A stretch of DNA of 63,951 bases, the filler included, from Stramenopiles sp. TOSAG23-3 (taxonomy: Eukaryota): the NCBI GenBank assembly GCA_900128585.1. It is 4 parts of 4 records of this genome, joined end to end, with 100 filler letters (N's around TTAATTAATTAA, not from the genome) between each part and the next. Parts side by side here need not be neighbours in the genome. Positions count along the whole stretch, not along the records: positions 1 to 16,050 come from LT642500.1; 3 more parts are not named here. One strand, written 5' to 3'. Position numbers and translations under genes: made by a program. How positions within the stretch are numbered: position 1 is the first letter of the stretch; the number at the start of each line of letters is the position of its first letter. Of the stretch, positions 1-11,959 are shown piece after piece. Under the pieces are notes generated by a model. The model saw only the letters and a list, made by a program, of their open reading frames with translations. It had not been told where the DNA came from and ran no database searches.

Positions 1-1742
1 ACTCGGAAAAAGTTTATCATTCACGAAATGATCATCAGACAGCTCCAATAAGTAAATTTCGTCATGGTCATTCCGTTGACAAGCATCCTGCGAAGATTAG
101 GGGGGGGCGGGGCGTTGTTTTACTTACCTTTGCTAGCTGTTCAAGCGATCTGACGACAAGCAGAGCGTCTATTCCGTCGGCGTACTTGCTGAACTGCTCG
201 TTCTCCCTGAGCCATTTGATCAATGGGACGACGTCCTTCACCATGGACATGGGCCGCTTTCCATTCTCTAAAATATCAAACAATTGCTGTATTTGCGGAG
301 GGCAAATTTCCAGCAAGTTCATGGACACCAATTGCTCCATTAGAGACGAACGTTGTGGGCTGAAATGGTAACCCAACAGGGCGGCCATTTCTTTGTGCTT
401 GTGGGTCTCGACATCATCGTATTCGCTGACGCCGTCGCCTTTCGAAAAAATTGGAACCGCGAGGGCCGCAAGGATCAGGCAGCTCGCCATGCTGTTCAGG
501 CTTTCGCCCGAGTCTTCGGTCGACTTGTCTTCCAAGTTGTACAGTTTAAGCCACGCGTACGCATGAAACAAGTAGTTTTTCGATACGAGAAACATCTGAA
601 AGAGAAAGAAAAAATCAAAGGGGTGTTAGTCCGTGGTCTTCAGGGGCGAACGAAGGGGGTGCGTGCGGGGGTGGGGGGCAGGGGCGTTCTATGGTCTGGT
701 CGGCGAAACATTGCTCAGAAAAATATGATTCCGGATAGCTGTTTATCCTCAGCCCGCAAGTATTGCGGTAGGAAGAGGGAGCTGTTTATCATCATAGCGA
801 AAGTTGCGCCGTGTTGGCAAAAACACACGTGCCCGAAAGGGGGGAGTAGTGGGGAAAGGGGTGGTGGTGCGGGCGGGCGGTACTTACATCCGTGAGGCGA
901 CGGTAATACTCCGCCATCATTTCCTTCTGTACAGGTCTATTAATGATCCCAATAACTCTGTGAATTTCCTCGATCGTCTTGTACGCTTCTCGGAGCATTT
1001 GGAGGTCCACGGCGGCCTTGAGCTGCCTAAACTTCGTTTTCAAGTGCTTCTCGTACACGTCGGCGTTGAGCACAATCTGGTAGCTCGGGCGCTTTGGGTT
1101 CTCCTGCGTCGACCACTTTTCGATCGACACCAAGTGGCGGCGGATAAATTCACAAATGCGCCTGAACTCCTGCTTTCGCTCGTACTTGATGCAGAAGTCG
1201 TACGCCCTCCCGCACGTATTGTGGTAAACGTGCTCTAGTTTGTTGTTGTTCCTGACAATGTCCAGCACCGTGCGGTACGCGTCGTGGAGGAAGCGCAACC
1301 ACGGGACCAAGGTCTCGCGCTCGACGCGCTCCCGGTCCCCTTCCGTAGTGACCGACGTCAGCATAAGCGTTTCCGCAGACGCGATGTCGTCCAAGTCGTC
1401 CGACGCTTCCAACTTAAAGTTGGACCGGGACAGGGCGTCCTCGCACCTCTGTTCGGCAAGGTCGAGGAAGTACTGCACGACCGTTTGCAGGGACTCCGGC
1501 TGGTGCTGCTGGCTTATGGACCGGTACTGGTGAAGGCCGTCCTTGGCGTAGACGTTTCGTCTGAGGTCCACACAGATTCTAATGTATAATTTCATCATTT
1601 CCTCGTGAGTTTTTGTCCATGATTTGTGGCGCTTGGATGTCAAAATGTTGTTCAACGTTTCAATGGCGTGTTGCTTCTTTCCGGTGGCATACAGCTCATT
1701 GGCACGTCGAAGTGCGCTTTCTGGTTTTTGATGGTGTGCCAT
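1..1742 (-). CDS. EIF3A: Translation initiation factor eIF3 subunit A, 5' part. Exons 1742-888 and 595-128; introns 887-596 and 127 to beyond the window edge.
   Basis: N-terminus KPESALRRANEL...KDGLHQYR...PWLRFLHDAYRTVLDIVRNN is typical eIF3a. Both donors are GTAAGTA and the acceptor is TTCAG at 596. Splicing joins RRLTD|MFLVSKNYLFHAYAW in frame. Confidence 0.95.
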
Positions 1743-3716
1743 CGTGCGGGGTGCAGTATCGTACGAGTGTGAGTGTCGTGTGGATATACTTGCAGTTCGT
1801 GTAAGAAAGAAAAATAATTAAAATGTCCCGTGTCTCCAAATGCTTCTGTTGAAAAATTACAACGTTACTTCTGTATCTCAACAAGACTAACCTGTGAACA
1901 GACGTGAGCAGTTAAGACGGTATGGTATGTTTGCTGAGCTGGGCTGAGCTGGACTGAGCTGGGCTGAGCCTTTCGTTCGGGCGTCTTCCTTCCTTCCTTC
2001 CTCCTTTCCACTGGTCGTCGGTGCTCGGTGTTCTTGTCTTCTCGCAACATCATCATCACAAATCCAAAACTAAAATATGAATCCCATTGTATCCAGCCTA
2101 TCTCCTACAACTAACTAGCAAGAGCCACCAAGTGAAGAAGGGAAGAAAGGAACAAGGGATATAATGCAATGAAATAGAAATAACAAGTACGTACGTATCG
2201 TATTTATATATAAGCCCACCCTAAGCAAGTAAAGCCAATTCTTTTTCCTATTTACTCTTTCTTATTCATAGTACGGTATTTAGTAGTTTAAAGCAAATTG
2301 GATGTTTTCTTCGTTCTCTCTATGTATTTATTCGGTATTTGCTTCAATAGTATTGTATGTAGTATGGATGGAACCAAGCCCAATCAATCCTTCTTTTTCT
2401 TTTGTTCGCAACCAACCACTTTTAGAAGCGAAGTAGAAATAAATTGAATTAGAGCTGGACAAACAAATATTAAGGATATATGTATATATATGCTATGTAT
2501 ATGTAAAATAGGTATATTTTATCACTTTTTTAATTCTATTTGCTTATTTTTAATATTGAGAAATGATTTCATTTAAATTCCTATATCTACAATGACATTA
2601 TCATTCCAAAAGGTCTTACGTCGTTATCCAAATAAACACATATCCTTAATTGAAGCTTATATCATATATACTCTTTCAACAAGTTAGACTATGTAACATT
2701 CCCCTATCAACATTTAATTTTCTTTTCCTTGAAAGCTTGAATTCGTGGTGAGTGTCTTATAAGTACAAAATATAGTAGAAGTATAAATATACCTATCTAT
2801 CTTATAATTAGGAAGAGAATAGGCTCACTTCACAAAAAATGAATGAGGACTCTCCATTGTCTTCTTATTGTTCTGTTTATAGCTATCCTTGTAAAAGATG
2901 ATGCTTGAAATGAATTTATTTCCTATATAAATATATATTCTAAATATGTATATAACTATAACAAAATATGTATAAAATGAATGGTGATGAAGAAAAGAGA
3001 GGTTTTCGTTCTCCTTCGATACTGTACGTATATAATAGAAGTAAATAATGGAAAATAGCATTAACACAGGAAGACGAATTAGAAAGATCACCTATACTGT
3101 ACTATAGCCCTACACCATGGCGATAGATTGCCTACTTATTCCTCACTAGAATATGCAATATTACATAGATGAAATAGTGTATCGTATGACAATATATATT
3201 AATTCTTTATAGGCATTATAATGGATTAATGTACACTTAGTTTATATACTAATTATTAATGTTTAATTTCAACTATATTTAGATATAAGTATATATTTTC
3301 CATATACTAACTTATACCACTATTTAAAATATGGTAAAAATTTCAAGCCAAAGCCAAACTGCCAAACTGCCAAACTGTTAAACTCAACACTGAACTCGAT
3401 GGATTTTTAATTTTCGATTGCTTTAGCTCACTTTGCTTTGCTTCACTTTTTCCTCAAGGTTTCTTTTCATCATGTCCTGTTATTCGTATGTAAGTAAAAA
3501 TATCTGTGATTGATACCTTCTTCCTCGTAAATATAATATAAAATAAAAATACCTTCGTAGTAAAAAAGCTAAAAGAGCGCTTATATTACATAATTAAATA
3601 AGAAAGAACTCCATATATAATCGTTTCTTCCCAAATAGCTGTAATATATGGCCAGAAGAATCGAATCGAATCGAATCTATAATAATCTAGGATAGAAATA
3701 CGTTTTATTTTAGGAA

Positions 3717-3875
3717 GGAATGAAGGGGAATGAATAATGAAGGAATGAAGAAAGGCATGAAGAAAGGAATGAAGAAAGGCATGAATGAAGGAATGAAGAA
3801 AGGAATGAATGAAGGAATAGAGAAAGGCATGAATGAAGGAATGAAGAAAGGCATGAAGAAAGGAAGGAAGGAATG
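3717..3875. repeat. Degenerate GAAT/GAAG/AAAGGCAT purine-rich tandem repeat
   Basis: Repeated gaatgaagaaaggcatgaagaaagg units read directly. Confidence 0.85.
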
Positions 3876-4524
3876 TGAATGAGTACTGCAGGAAAAACTC
3901 TTATTTCATTTTTTTAATTATTATTTATATACGTGACTTATCTACGAAGCTATATATAGTAAATAGGAACTAATTTTAAATTTATGAAATAATCCTGATA
4001 GAAAACATGATGATAGTATTGAAGAAAAGTGTGTCTGGACTTCTTCTTTTGGGTAGTATGCAAGAAATAAGGAAATGTTTGCACTTCTATCCCCCATCAA
4101 ATGTTCAATCATATATTTATTATGAAGTTATATAGTAATGTAATTATTATTCCCACTTGAATAAGTAGACACATACCCTTAATGTGTTTAAAGGAATGAA
4201 GTATAACACTAACTGATTTAATATTTTTGTAATTAATATTATTAAAATATAGAATAAAACATTATGTTGTAAAACTACTAAATACTAACTACACAACAAA
4301 ATGAACTGACTGAAGTCAATCCACTTGGTAGAAAGGTGGAAATGAATCGTTCATCAAATTGACAGAGAGTGTGAGTGAGACGCGAGAGAGAAACGTAGCC
4401 CGTGTGTATAACCACCTCGACGTAGTACGTAGGCACGCATTCGTATTGTTTACAGGGGTTACTGGAACCTCCGGTCAGCTAGCAAGAATACCAATCGATT
4501 GATCCAACCAACACAGCATTAACC

Positions 4525-5237
4525 ATGGCATCGAGGAAGGCTTTGCCCCCGTTTAAAGGTAAGTTAACACTTCGCCCTCCCGTTCCCACCCTCTTCCGCC
4601 GCGCACATGACTAACCACGCCTTGCCCATTTCCTTTCTATTACTTAGTGGTATTGCTTGGCAATTCCGGGGTAGGAAAATCGAATTTGTTGTCGATGTTA
4701 AACTCGGGTGAGTTCAGCCACGAGTTTAAAAGCACTGTTGGGGTCGAATTCTTGACCAAACAGCTCGAAGTAGATGGAACCATTGTGAAAGCGCAAATTT
4801 GGGATACAGCCGGGCAGGAACGGTTCAGCTCGATGATGGGGACCTACTACCGCAAAGCCAAGGGGGCGATGCTGGTGTATGATATATCGAAGAAAGAGAC
4901 CCTGCCAGCGGTGGAACGGTGGAAAAACGAATTGTTGCAACACGCAAATAAAGACGTTGTGATGGTCCTTGCCGGGAATAAGTGTGACCTGGGCGGGGAG
5001 GCCAGACAAATAACAACCGAGGAGGGCAAGGCTTTTGCAGAGCAACACGGGATGGAATTCTTCGAAACCTCCGCACTTGAAGATATAAACGTACGAAAAT
5101 CATTTACAAAACTCATGGTAGGCATTTACCACAAAATGGTCGACCCCGCGGAAGAAACGTCTGCCGCAAAAAGTGCGGACAACAGTGTCACGTTAGAAGC
5201 CAACCCAAGCTCTGCAAAAAAAAAATCGTGTTGCTAG
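4525..5237 (+). CDS. Rab small GTPase, Rab11-like. Exons 4525-4558 and 4648-5237.
   Basis: Motifs GNSGVGKSNLL, STVGVEF, VKAQIWDTAGQER, GNKCD, ETSA and a C-terminal CC. The 89-nt intron has a GTAAGT donor, a TGACTAAC branch site and a TAG acceptor, giving MASRKALPPFKVVLLG. Confidence 0.93.
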
Positions 5238-5430
5238 AAATGTCTCTAAATAAAGACCATGATGCGAGCACCGCGTTGAGTGGGCAGGGGGAAGATTTTT
5301 AAATTTTTTTCCAAAACAAATCATATGATAACAAAAGAGATAAGCCATATTCATACTTACTATTTGTGCGTGCCGTGTAATGTAAACGGTAACTTAAGAA
5401 TTCTAACACACAGCATTGTTTAAAAACTAA

Positions 5431-5680
5431 AAACAAACATTTGGCTGTTATTTAAGTAGTACGAAGATAAAATTTATCATCTTCATGGACTGCGAACATA
5501 TCTCTGCTCCTCAGAGTTTACTAAACAATATACCCTGTGTCACTGAGTCTCGACAATCATTCTCATGTGTACTCCATGCTTGAGTAAAACTTATGTCGAT
5601 GTGCGTCGATGTCAAAAGACACGCAGTCAACTTCCTCATCCGGTGTCTCACTCGTAAATTAATCAGGTCCTTGTGCGATT
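5431..5680 (-). repeat. Copy of the convergent-intergenic repeat family (motif A plus an internal segment shared with 21650-21712)
   Basis: ttggctgttatttaagta at 5441-5458. tcaacttcctcatccggtgtctcactc near 5627 matches tcaacttcctcatccgatatctcactc near 21657. Confidence 0.75.
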
Positions 5681-5966
5681 TCATGAGCAGCGGCGAGAGT
5701 GTTTCAAGGGTGCTCGTTGTCTGTCTTGCAAACCAGCCAGGGAATTGTCATTTGAGATGTTCAAGTTTTTGTACTTTTGTATTTGATTTTATGAGTCGTA
5801 AAATAATCATACTTTTTTTTGCTTTGTAACTTTTAAGAGTACTCCTTGCTGCTAATCATAAACACAGTTGACAACACTCTAATAATAAAACATTATCACA
5901 CATTTACACACTTGCACACCTCTCTAAAAATGTTGAGGGACATACTTCGTAACTGCGGGCCAATCA

Positions 5967-8798
5967 TCAGTCCGCGTCCAACGCCGTCACCGTGAGATAG
6001 ATTCCCTTTTGCACAACGTGCTTGATGAACTTGCCCCAAACAGGAGAGTTTTCGAGACTTGACTTTCGACCGACAACGAGCATCGAGTACTTTGCTCGAG
6101 TGAGGGCGACGTTCATTCGCTGGCAATCCGAGACAAACCCTACGCCTTTCTTCGCATTTCCATCTGCCCGGACTGTGGAAAGAACAACCACATCGCGCTC
6201 TTGGCCCTGAAAACCGTCCACACTGCGAATAATGCTATCGGCGGAAGGGTACTTGTTGCTGTCTAACTTTTTCGTTGCCAAGAACTGCTTGTACCGCTCC
6301 CGGAGCAGCCTCACTTGGTCTGAATACATGCAAATCACCCCGATTCGGTTCATGTCCACGCACGTTTTGAACGATTTGCAGAGGCGAAAGATCAGCTGAA
6401 TGCAAAACGCCGCCTCTTCCTTGTTGCTGTACGACAGGCTTCGGGAGCACTGCTGCTCTTGGCCCGCTGCAATATCGTAGAATACCAGAGAAGAAAACCC
6501 CGTGAACCCATGGTACGGCCGCCGAAAGGCGTTCGGATCGGAAATCCCACTTTTCAGAAGCCCGCCGTAGAAGGCGGCGCTGGGGAAAGAACAAATCAAA
6601 GGGTGCATCCGGTACTGCAGGCTCAAAAAATGAACGCAGTGCCCCCCTTTCTGCAAGCGCTCAAACAGACTCCGGCGGCAAAGGACGCCCGTTTTACCCT
6701 TGCTATGTATGGTGGCGGGCAATTGGGCCGGGTCGCCGCAGAGGACACACTGGTCGCAGCCCAGCCGTAACGGGATCAAAGTCGAGACCTCCGTGGACTG
6801 GGCCGCCTCATCGATGACGCATACGCTGAACTTGGTGTTCTCTATGATCCGAAGACCTGCAGAGCTGAGGGTGCTGAACACGATCTCGGCCTGGCTTATG
6901 ACTATTTCTTTCAGTCGGCGGCGGGAGGCCTCGTTGCGCGGACCTTGCAGGGTATCGTAAATGCCAATCTCTGTCGTCGCCCGGTCGAAGTTTTCTTTCG
7001 CACGGAGGAAGTCCGACTTCACCTTTTCCTCGTCCGACCGGCTCGTCTGGTGCCTGTGCGGCCCTAACAAATTGAAAAACACGAACCGGAACACGGACAG
7101 CAAGTTCTGTTTCGCTTGCTTCTGTTTCGCCTCCGCGGTAGCGCGCATTGCTTTCAAACTGTCCGTTGTCAAAGCCTCGTACTTCTTAATTTCGTCGTTC
7201 AACGATATCGCGTGCAAGGCTCGGCCGTGCCCCGACCCCAGCCGGAGCATCCGCGGGTGAAAATGAGACCCGGCACCGTCGACAAACTTGTTGGTCAAAA
7301 TCCGCATTGCCATGTTGTCTACCGCCGCGTTTGACGGCGCGGCCATCAAAATTCTAGGTTTCTGCGGAAACGACATGGTCATCCATTTCTCCCACCAGAG
7401 CGAGGCCGAGGCCCACTTTTCAGTCTCGTCCTTCAGCTTCATGTTTGCGCTGTCAAACCGGCAAACGCTCCGGCATTGACGCATCACGACATACATGGAT
7501 CGGGTTATCGCTTTGTAATACTTGCTGTAGATGTGAAGGTGCAGGGTGTTGAGGACGCCGTGCAGGGTAGTGGTCTTTCCAGTCCCAGGCGGGCCTTGGA
7601 TCAGCGTGAACCCTTTCAGCGTCGTCGCCGCTATGATGGCGTCGTGCTGCGGCGCGTTGAACTTTTCTTTTATGTACGACCGATAGCGTGGGGACAGGGA
7701 CAGGTCATTCTCATTGCCGAGGTCCAACAGCTCATTGCTCCCCGCCTCGTTCTCCCGACTGCCCCCCCTGCTGGAGCTCGCCCCGCCCGCGCCTTCCCTC
7801 TCCGCCTTCTTGGCCTTGGCCTTTACCTCCCTCCCATTAGCGTTCAACAGCGGCTCCAATATCTGCAGCGACCGAACGTTTAGCAACGCGTCGTACTCCC
7901 GCTGCACAGTGTTCAAAGATTCAATCTGCCACGCAAAATACTGCTTGTTCTCTCTCCGAAAATGATCAAAATTCGCTTTTATTTGCAACTCAAAAAGGGC
8001 CTCTTCTCGCACGCCTGGGACCTTGTGGTACGGCGACAGGGCTCTAACCCTTTGCACCACCCCGAAGAACAAGTTGCCTCCGCTGCCACCCGCGATGCTG
8101 CCGCTTGTCGGGCGCTGCTGGCAGTCAAAAATGGGGGACGTGGAAAACACCAAGACGTCCAGGCGCCGGAAGGGCTCCGTTTGACCCTGCCACCGGTGAA
8201 CTTGCGAAGAGGCAACATTTTTAAAACTGCTGCTGTCCCGAACCCCCATCACACTGACGGATATTGTATTCCTACGCTCGTCCGGATCTGCAACGCAACG
8301 AAACGGTGGTATTTTTCTATTCCGGCGAAGCTTGTCCAACTGCCCATCGATTTGAGCAACGCACTCTTGAAAATGCAACGGGACGAAAGTCTTCATGTAA
8401 CTTTCCACGGACGCGAACCCCCACGAGTCCGCGACCGGGCGGCGCTGAATCTCCGCAAGGTTTCCTGGCGCCAGCTGAAGGACTCGGTCTGCAATAGTCT
8501 TTGAGTAATTGTGGTTTTGCGCCATGTGCGTGTTCCGAGAATTCTGCGGCGGGGGCCACCTTCTTTTCTTTCTCGCCCTGTCCTGCCCGAATCCGTTTGA
8601 ATTCCTCCCACTGCCTTGCCGGGAGCTACCGGAAGAGGAGGCCACCGCTTGCCTCTTCGGCTTTGAGGTCGTTAAATCGATCACTGACCTATACCGGTAC
8701 CCCGTGTTTGCAGAAGCAGCAACGGGTCGTGATCGTTTTCTCCTCCCCGTTGACGACGTGTTGGATCGGGGGATGAAATTTATCCGCTTCATCGGCAT
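5967..8798 (-). CDS. Sen1/senataxin-like (Upf1-family, SF1B) RNA/DNA helicase
   Basis: Motifs LIQGPPGTGKT, APSNAAVD, IDEAAQ, GDPAQLPAT, SLFERL, QYRMHP, VDGFQGQERD and RMNVALTRAK. First in-frame ATG is at 8798. Confidence 0.9.
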   Translation of the reverse strand: MPMKRINFIPRSNTSSTGRRKRSRPVAASANTGYRYRSVIDLTTSKPKRQAVASSSGSSRQGSGRNSNGFGQDRARKKRRWPPPQNSRNTHMAQNHNYSKTIADRVLQLAPGNLAEIQRRPVADSWGFASVESYMKTFVPLHFQECVAQIDGQLDKLRRNRKIPPFRCVADPDERRNTISVSVMGVRDSSSFKNVASSQVHRWQGQTEPFRRLDVLVFSTSPIFDCQQRPTSGSIAGGSGGNLFFGVVQRVRALSPYHKVPGVREEALFELQIKANFDHFRRENKQYFAWQIESLNTVQREYDALLNVRSLQILEPLLNANGREVKAKAKKAEREGAGGASSSRGGSRENEAGSNELLDLGNENDLSLSPRYRSYIKEKFNAPQHDAIIAATTLKGFTLIQGPPGTGKTTTLHGVLNTLHLHIYSKYYKAITRSMYVVMRQCRSVCRFDSANMKLKDETEKWASASLWWEKWMTMSFPQKPRILMAAPSNAAVDNMAMRILTNKFVDGAGSHFHPRMLRLGSGHGRALHAISLNDEIKKYEALTTDSLKAMRATAEAKQKQAKQNLLSVFRFVFFNLLGPHRHQTSRSDEEKVKSDFLRAKENFDRATTEIGIYDTLQGPRNEASRRRLKEIVISQAEIVFSTLSSAGLRIIENTKFSVCVIDEAAQSTEVSTLIPLRLGCDQCVLCGDPAQLPATIHSKGKTGVLCRRSLFERLQKGGHCVHFLSLQYRMHPLICSFPSAAFYGGLLKSGISDPNAFRRPYHGFTGFSSLVFYDIAAGQEQQCSRSLSYSNKEEAAFCIQLIFRLCKSFKTCVDMNRIGVICMYSDQVRLLRERYKQFLATKKLDSNKYPSADSIIRSVDGFQGQERDVVVLSTVRADGNAKKGVGFVSDCQRMNVALTRAKYSMLVVGRKSSLENSPVWGKFIKHVVQKGIYLTVTALDAD

Positions 8799-9089
8799 GG
8801 TTTTGAATCGTTTACCACCCGGCACGCGCAAGTCCAATTCAAATCAGGCCCGGCGAAAGGTACATTTAATAGACAAGCACACACAGAAAGAAGAAGAAAA
8901 GAAGAAGAAAAGAAGAAGAAAAGTAGAAGAAAAGTAGAGAGAAGGGGCACAGGTGTTTCCTTTCTCTAAATGTAAAGTCTATTAGTTCTTCTTCCGGTGT
9001 TTCGTTTGTTCGTTCGACATTTGTTTGTGTTAGAATTTAAAATGTGTCTTAGTTGTATTTTTATTATAATAAATAATATAATAATTCTC

Positions 9090-9417
9090 TCCTCGTCTCT
9101 TCTTCTTCTTCTTCACCACTGTTGTTTTTTTCTTCTTTTTCTTCTTCTTCTTCTTCTTTCTTCTTCTTCTTTTTTTGTTTTTCTATATTTTTATTGTTAT
9201 AATATTATATATTATTGTTGTTGATGATTGTCTTCTTCTTTCTTTCTTTTTTTTTTCTTTTTCTTGTTGCTCCATTCCAACATTCCAACCTCCAACCTCC
9301 CCCTGTGCCCTCCCATTATAAAATAGAAAACAAGAAGAAGAAGTCCAACAATTTATTCGATTTTAAAATAGAGGAAGACAGAAAGGAAGGAATGGAAAGA
9401 ATGGAAAGAAGGAAGAA

Positions 9418-9467
<50 letters not shown>

Positions 9468-9838
9468 GGAAGGAGATAGGTCTTCTGTTGTCTGTTGTCT
9501 TCTTCTTTTGTTTCGAAAATGTCTCTCTCTTCTTCTTCTTCTTTTTTTGTCATATTTTTTAATTAAAATAATGTGTCAGTCCGTCATCATTTTTTTGTTG
9601 TCCTAATAAAAATTAATTAATTCTATAATAATGGTATTTCTATATATATTATAAACTATAGAAGAATATAATCATCAAAAATAATAAAATTGAAAAAAAG
9701 AACAGAAAAAATAACAACAACAACAAAAAAGAAAGAAAGAGTCGAAAGAAAGAACGAAAGAAAGAGTCGAAAGAAAGAAAGAAAGAAAGAAAGAAAGACA
9801 GAAAGAAAGAAAGAAAGAAAGACAGAAAGAAAGAACGA

Positions 9839-9870
<32 letters not shown>

Positions 9871-9875
9871 AATTT
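9090..9875. repeat. Alternating (TTC)n, (GAA)n and (GAAA)n microsatellite blocks in a divergent intergenic region
   Basis: Read directly. Confidence 0.9.
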
Positions 9876-10189
9876 TATTTTTTGTTTTTTTTCTTCTTCT
9901 TCTTGGTACTACTACTATTATTATACTACTCTATTATTATTATTATTATTATGGAATTATTATTTATTGGAGGAGAGTTGTTTTTATTTTGATTTGATTT
10001 GTTGTTTTGTTGTTGATATAATATATTATCATTTATTTCTTCTTTGTTCTCTGGTTCATACCCGAGTTTTTCAATTTCTTTGTTGTACAATTTAACTGGT
10101 TTGTTCTCATGTGCTGTCATTAAGTTGTTCAATCTAGGCAAAGATTACTTACATTGCATGATACTGTTTCGTACCGTGAGGTTGGAATT

Positions 10190-11720
10190 ATGAATACCGT
10201 GCCGCGTAAGCCTGGTGGTGCGGCGTTGGGGCGCCTGCTGCGCGCTCGCTCTTTCTCGGGGTTCCGTAAGTTGCCAAGCCCGCCGCAGGGGCTAGAGGTG
10301 GCGCACGTCGTGGTCTGCTTTCGGCACGGTGACAGGACCCCGTCGCACAATTTGTTTGAACCGGACCCGGACGCGGCCGTCAGGGAAGCGTTGGGGTGGG
10401 CCCTGGAACTCCCGTCGGAACAGGACAAGCTGGAGTTAGAACGTTACGCGCCCGTTAGTAGGAGCGAGTCCTCCTTGCGCCCAAGGGACGTCTCCCTTGG
10501 GGTTTTTGGCCAGCTCACCGCACGGGGGTTACGGCAGGCATCGTCCCTTGGCAAATGGATCAAACAGCAGTACTTGCCCCACGGAAACTTTCCGATGCCA
10601 AACCAGAGTGCCGTGGCGTGTTTTTCCAGCAACTACTCCAGAACCATCTTGACGGCACAGGCGGTATTGAAGGAACTGCTCGGGGCGTCGTTGTACGACG
10701 GCAACAAAGTTCGGGTGCAGATCGCGTCCCCGAACGACGAGTTCATCAACGTTTACCCATTTTTGCCGCGGCTCCAAAAGCTCATGTACGATGCTGCAAA
10801 CAACGAAACGGGGGAAATAGCGTCCAAAGATGCGGCAATGGCACAGGTTCAGCACGAGCTAGTCCAAACGCTTCCCGCGTTTGCGTTCAAGCTCCGCCGT
10901 TTCAGTTGGATCAGCTACCAGGATTACTTCCATTGCCGTGCCGGGCGAATGTCATCCCCGAACGAGGTGGCCGCGGGTTACCAAGAGCGCATGTTAGTGT
11001 CGTACATCAAAGATTTGCCAAAGGCAAGCAAAGACGGGCTGAACGCGGCCGACGTCTCGCGGGCAATCCGAAGGCTGAGCCAGTACATTACTGAAGACGA
11101 CGCCAACGTCGTGTTCACCAACATCGACGCCGACGGGGACGGGAGGGTCAGTCTGGAAGAAATATCCAATTTTGCAAGGCGGGGGCTTCCGATGCTCGAA
11201 CCAAAAGCGGTGGAAGAATCCCTGTGGGGGCACTGCTCGGCCGTTGAGAACCATGTCTCCGACCGGTTTGAGTCGTGGTACAGCTCATCGCCAATTTTGA
11301 ACCAGGCCGTGGGCAGGCTGTTGGGTACTCTGTCCACGAAAATGAGCGAAGGGTCGCAGCAGTACCATGCTGAGTGCGAAGCCGCCGAAGCGCGCAAGAC
11401 ATCGGGGGGGGGGGCATGACGTGACGCTGCTTCCACTGCTTCATGGGTTAGGAGCTTGGAATAAATTAGAAAAGCAGTGGCCAATGTATGCGAGCTCGAT
11501 AGTGTTTGAGGTGCTTCGGTGCTCCGACACAAAACGTCGCTACGTTCGTGCCTTCTACTCCAACGGAAGCAACGAAGATAGCGAGAACGATGACATCGGC
11601 ATGCAAGAAGTCGTTTTTGGAGACTCGTCGGGCGCCCATTTGCTGGGCGAGGAGACCCAGCTAATGCCTTTCGAAACGTTTGAGAAGTTCTGCAACTTCG
11701 TGAGTTTGGACCAAAGCTGA
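10190..11720 (+). CDS. Histidine acid phosphatase (branch 2) with an inserted EF-hand. Reading frame broken at the G11 run 11404-11414.
   Basis: RHGDRTP, GQLT.RG and SSNYSRT lie in the first frame. GHDVTLLPLL, WPMYASSIVFE and YVRAFY lie in the next frame. EF-hand loop DADGDGRVSLEE. Confidence 0.85.
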
Positions 11721-11959
11721 GAGTAGAACGCAGTTGAACGTAAAATTAAAATTCAGATATCATAACTTTTATCATAAATTATGGATATATACCATACAGC
11801 TACTATTCATAAATTTTAAGTTTTTATTAGGACTCGTACACAATTTTATTTTTGGAGGTTCGATCGTTCCGAATCGTAGTTTAAAACCGACACGCACGCG
11901 CACACACACGACGCTTCTTCTCTTCTTTCTTCTCTCTCTTTTTACACCGACCCCGTCGT

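Noticed and set aside
8997-10141. Short K/E/R-rich or F/L/S-rich ORFs here and at 23578-23899, 45687-46452 and 53355-53730
   Set aside because: Translations of microsatellite and AT-rich intergenic DNA.
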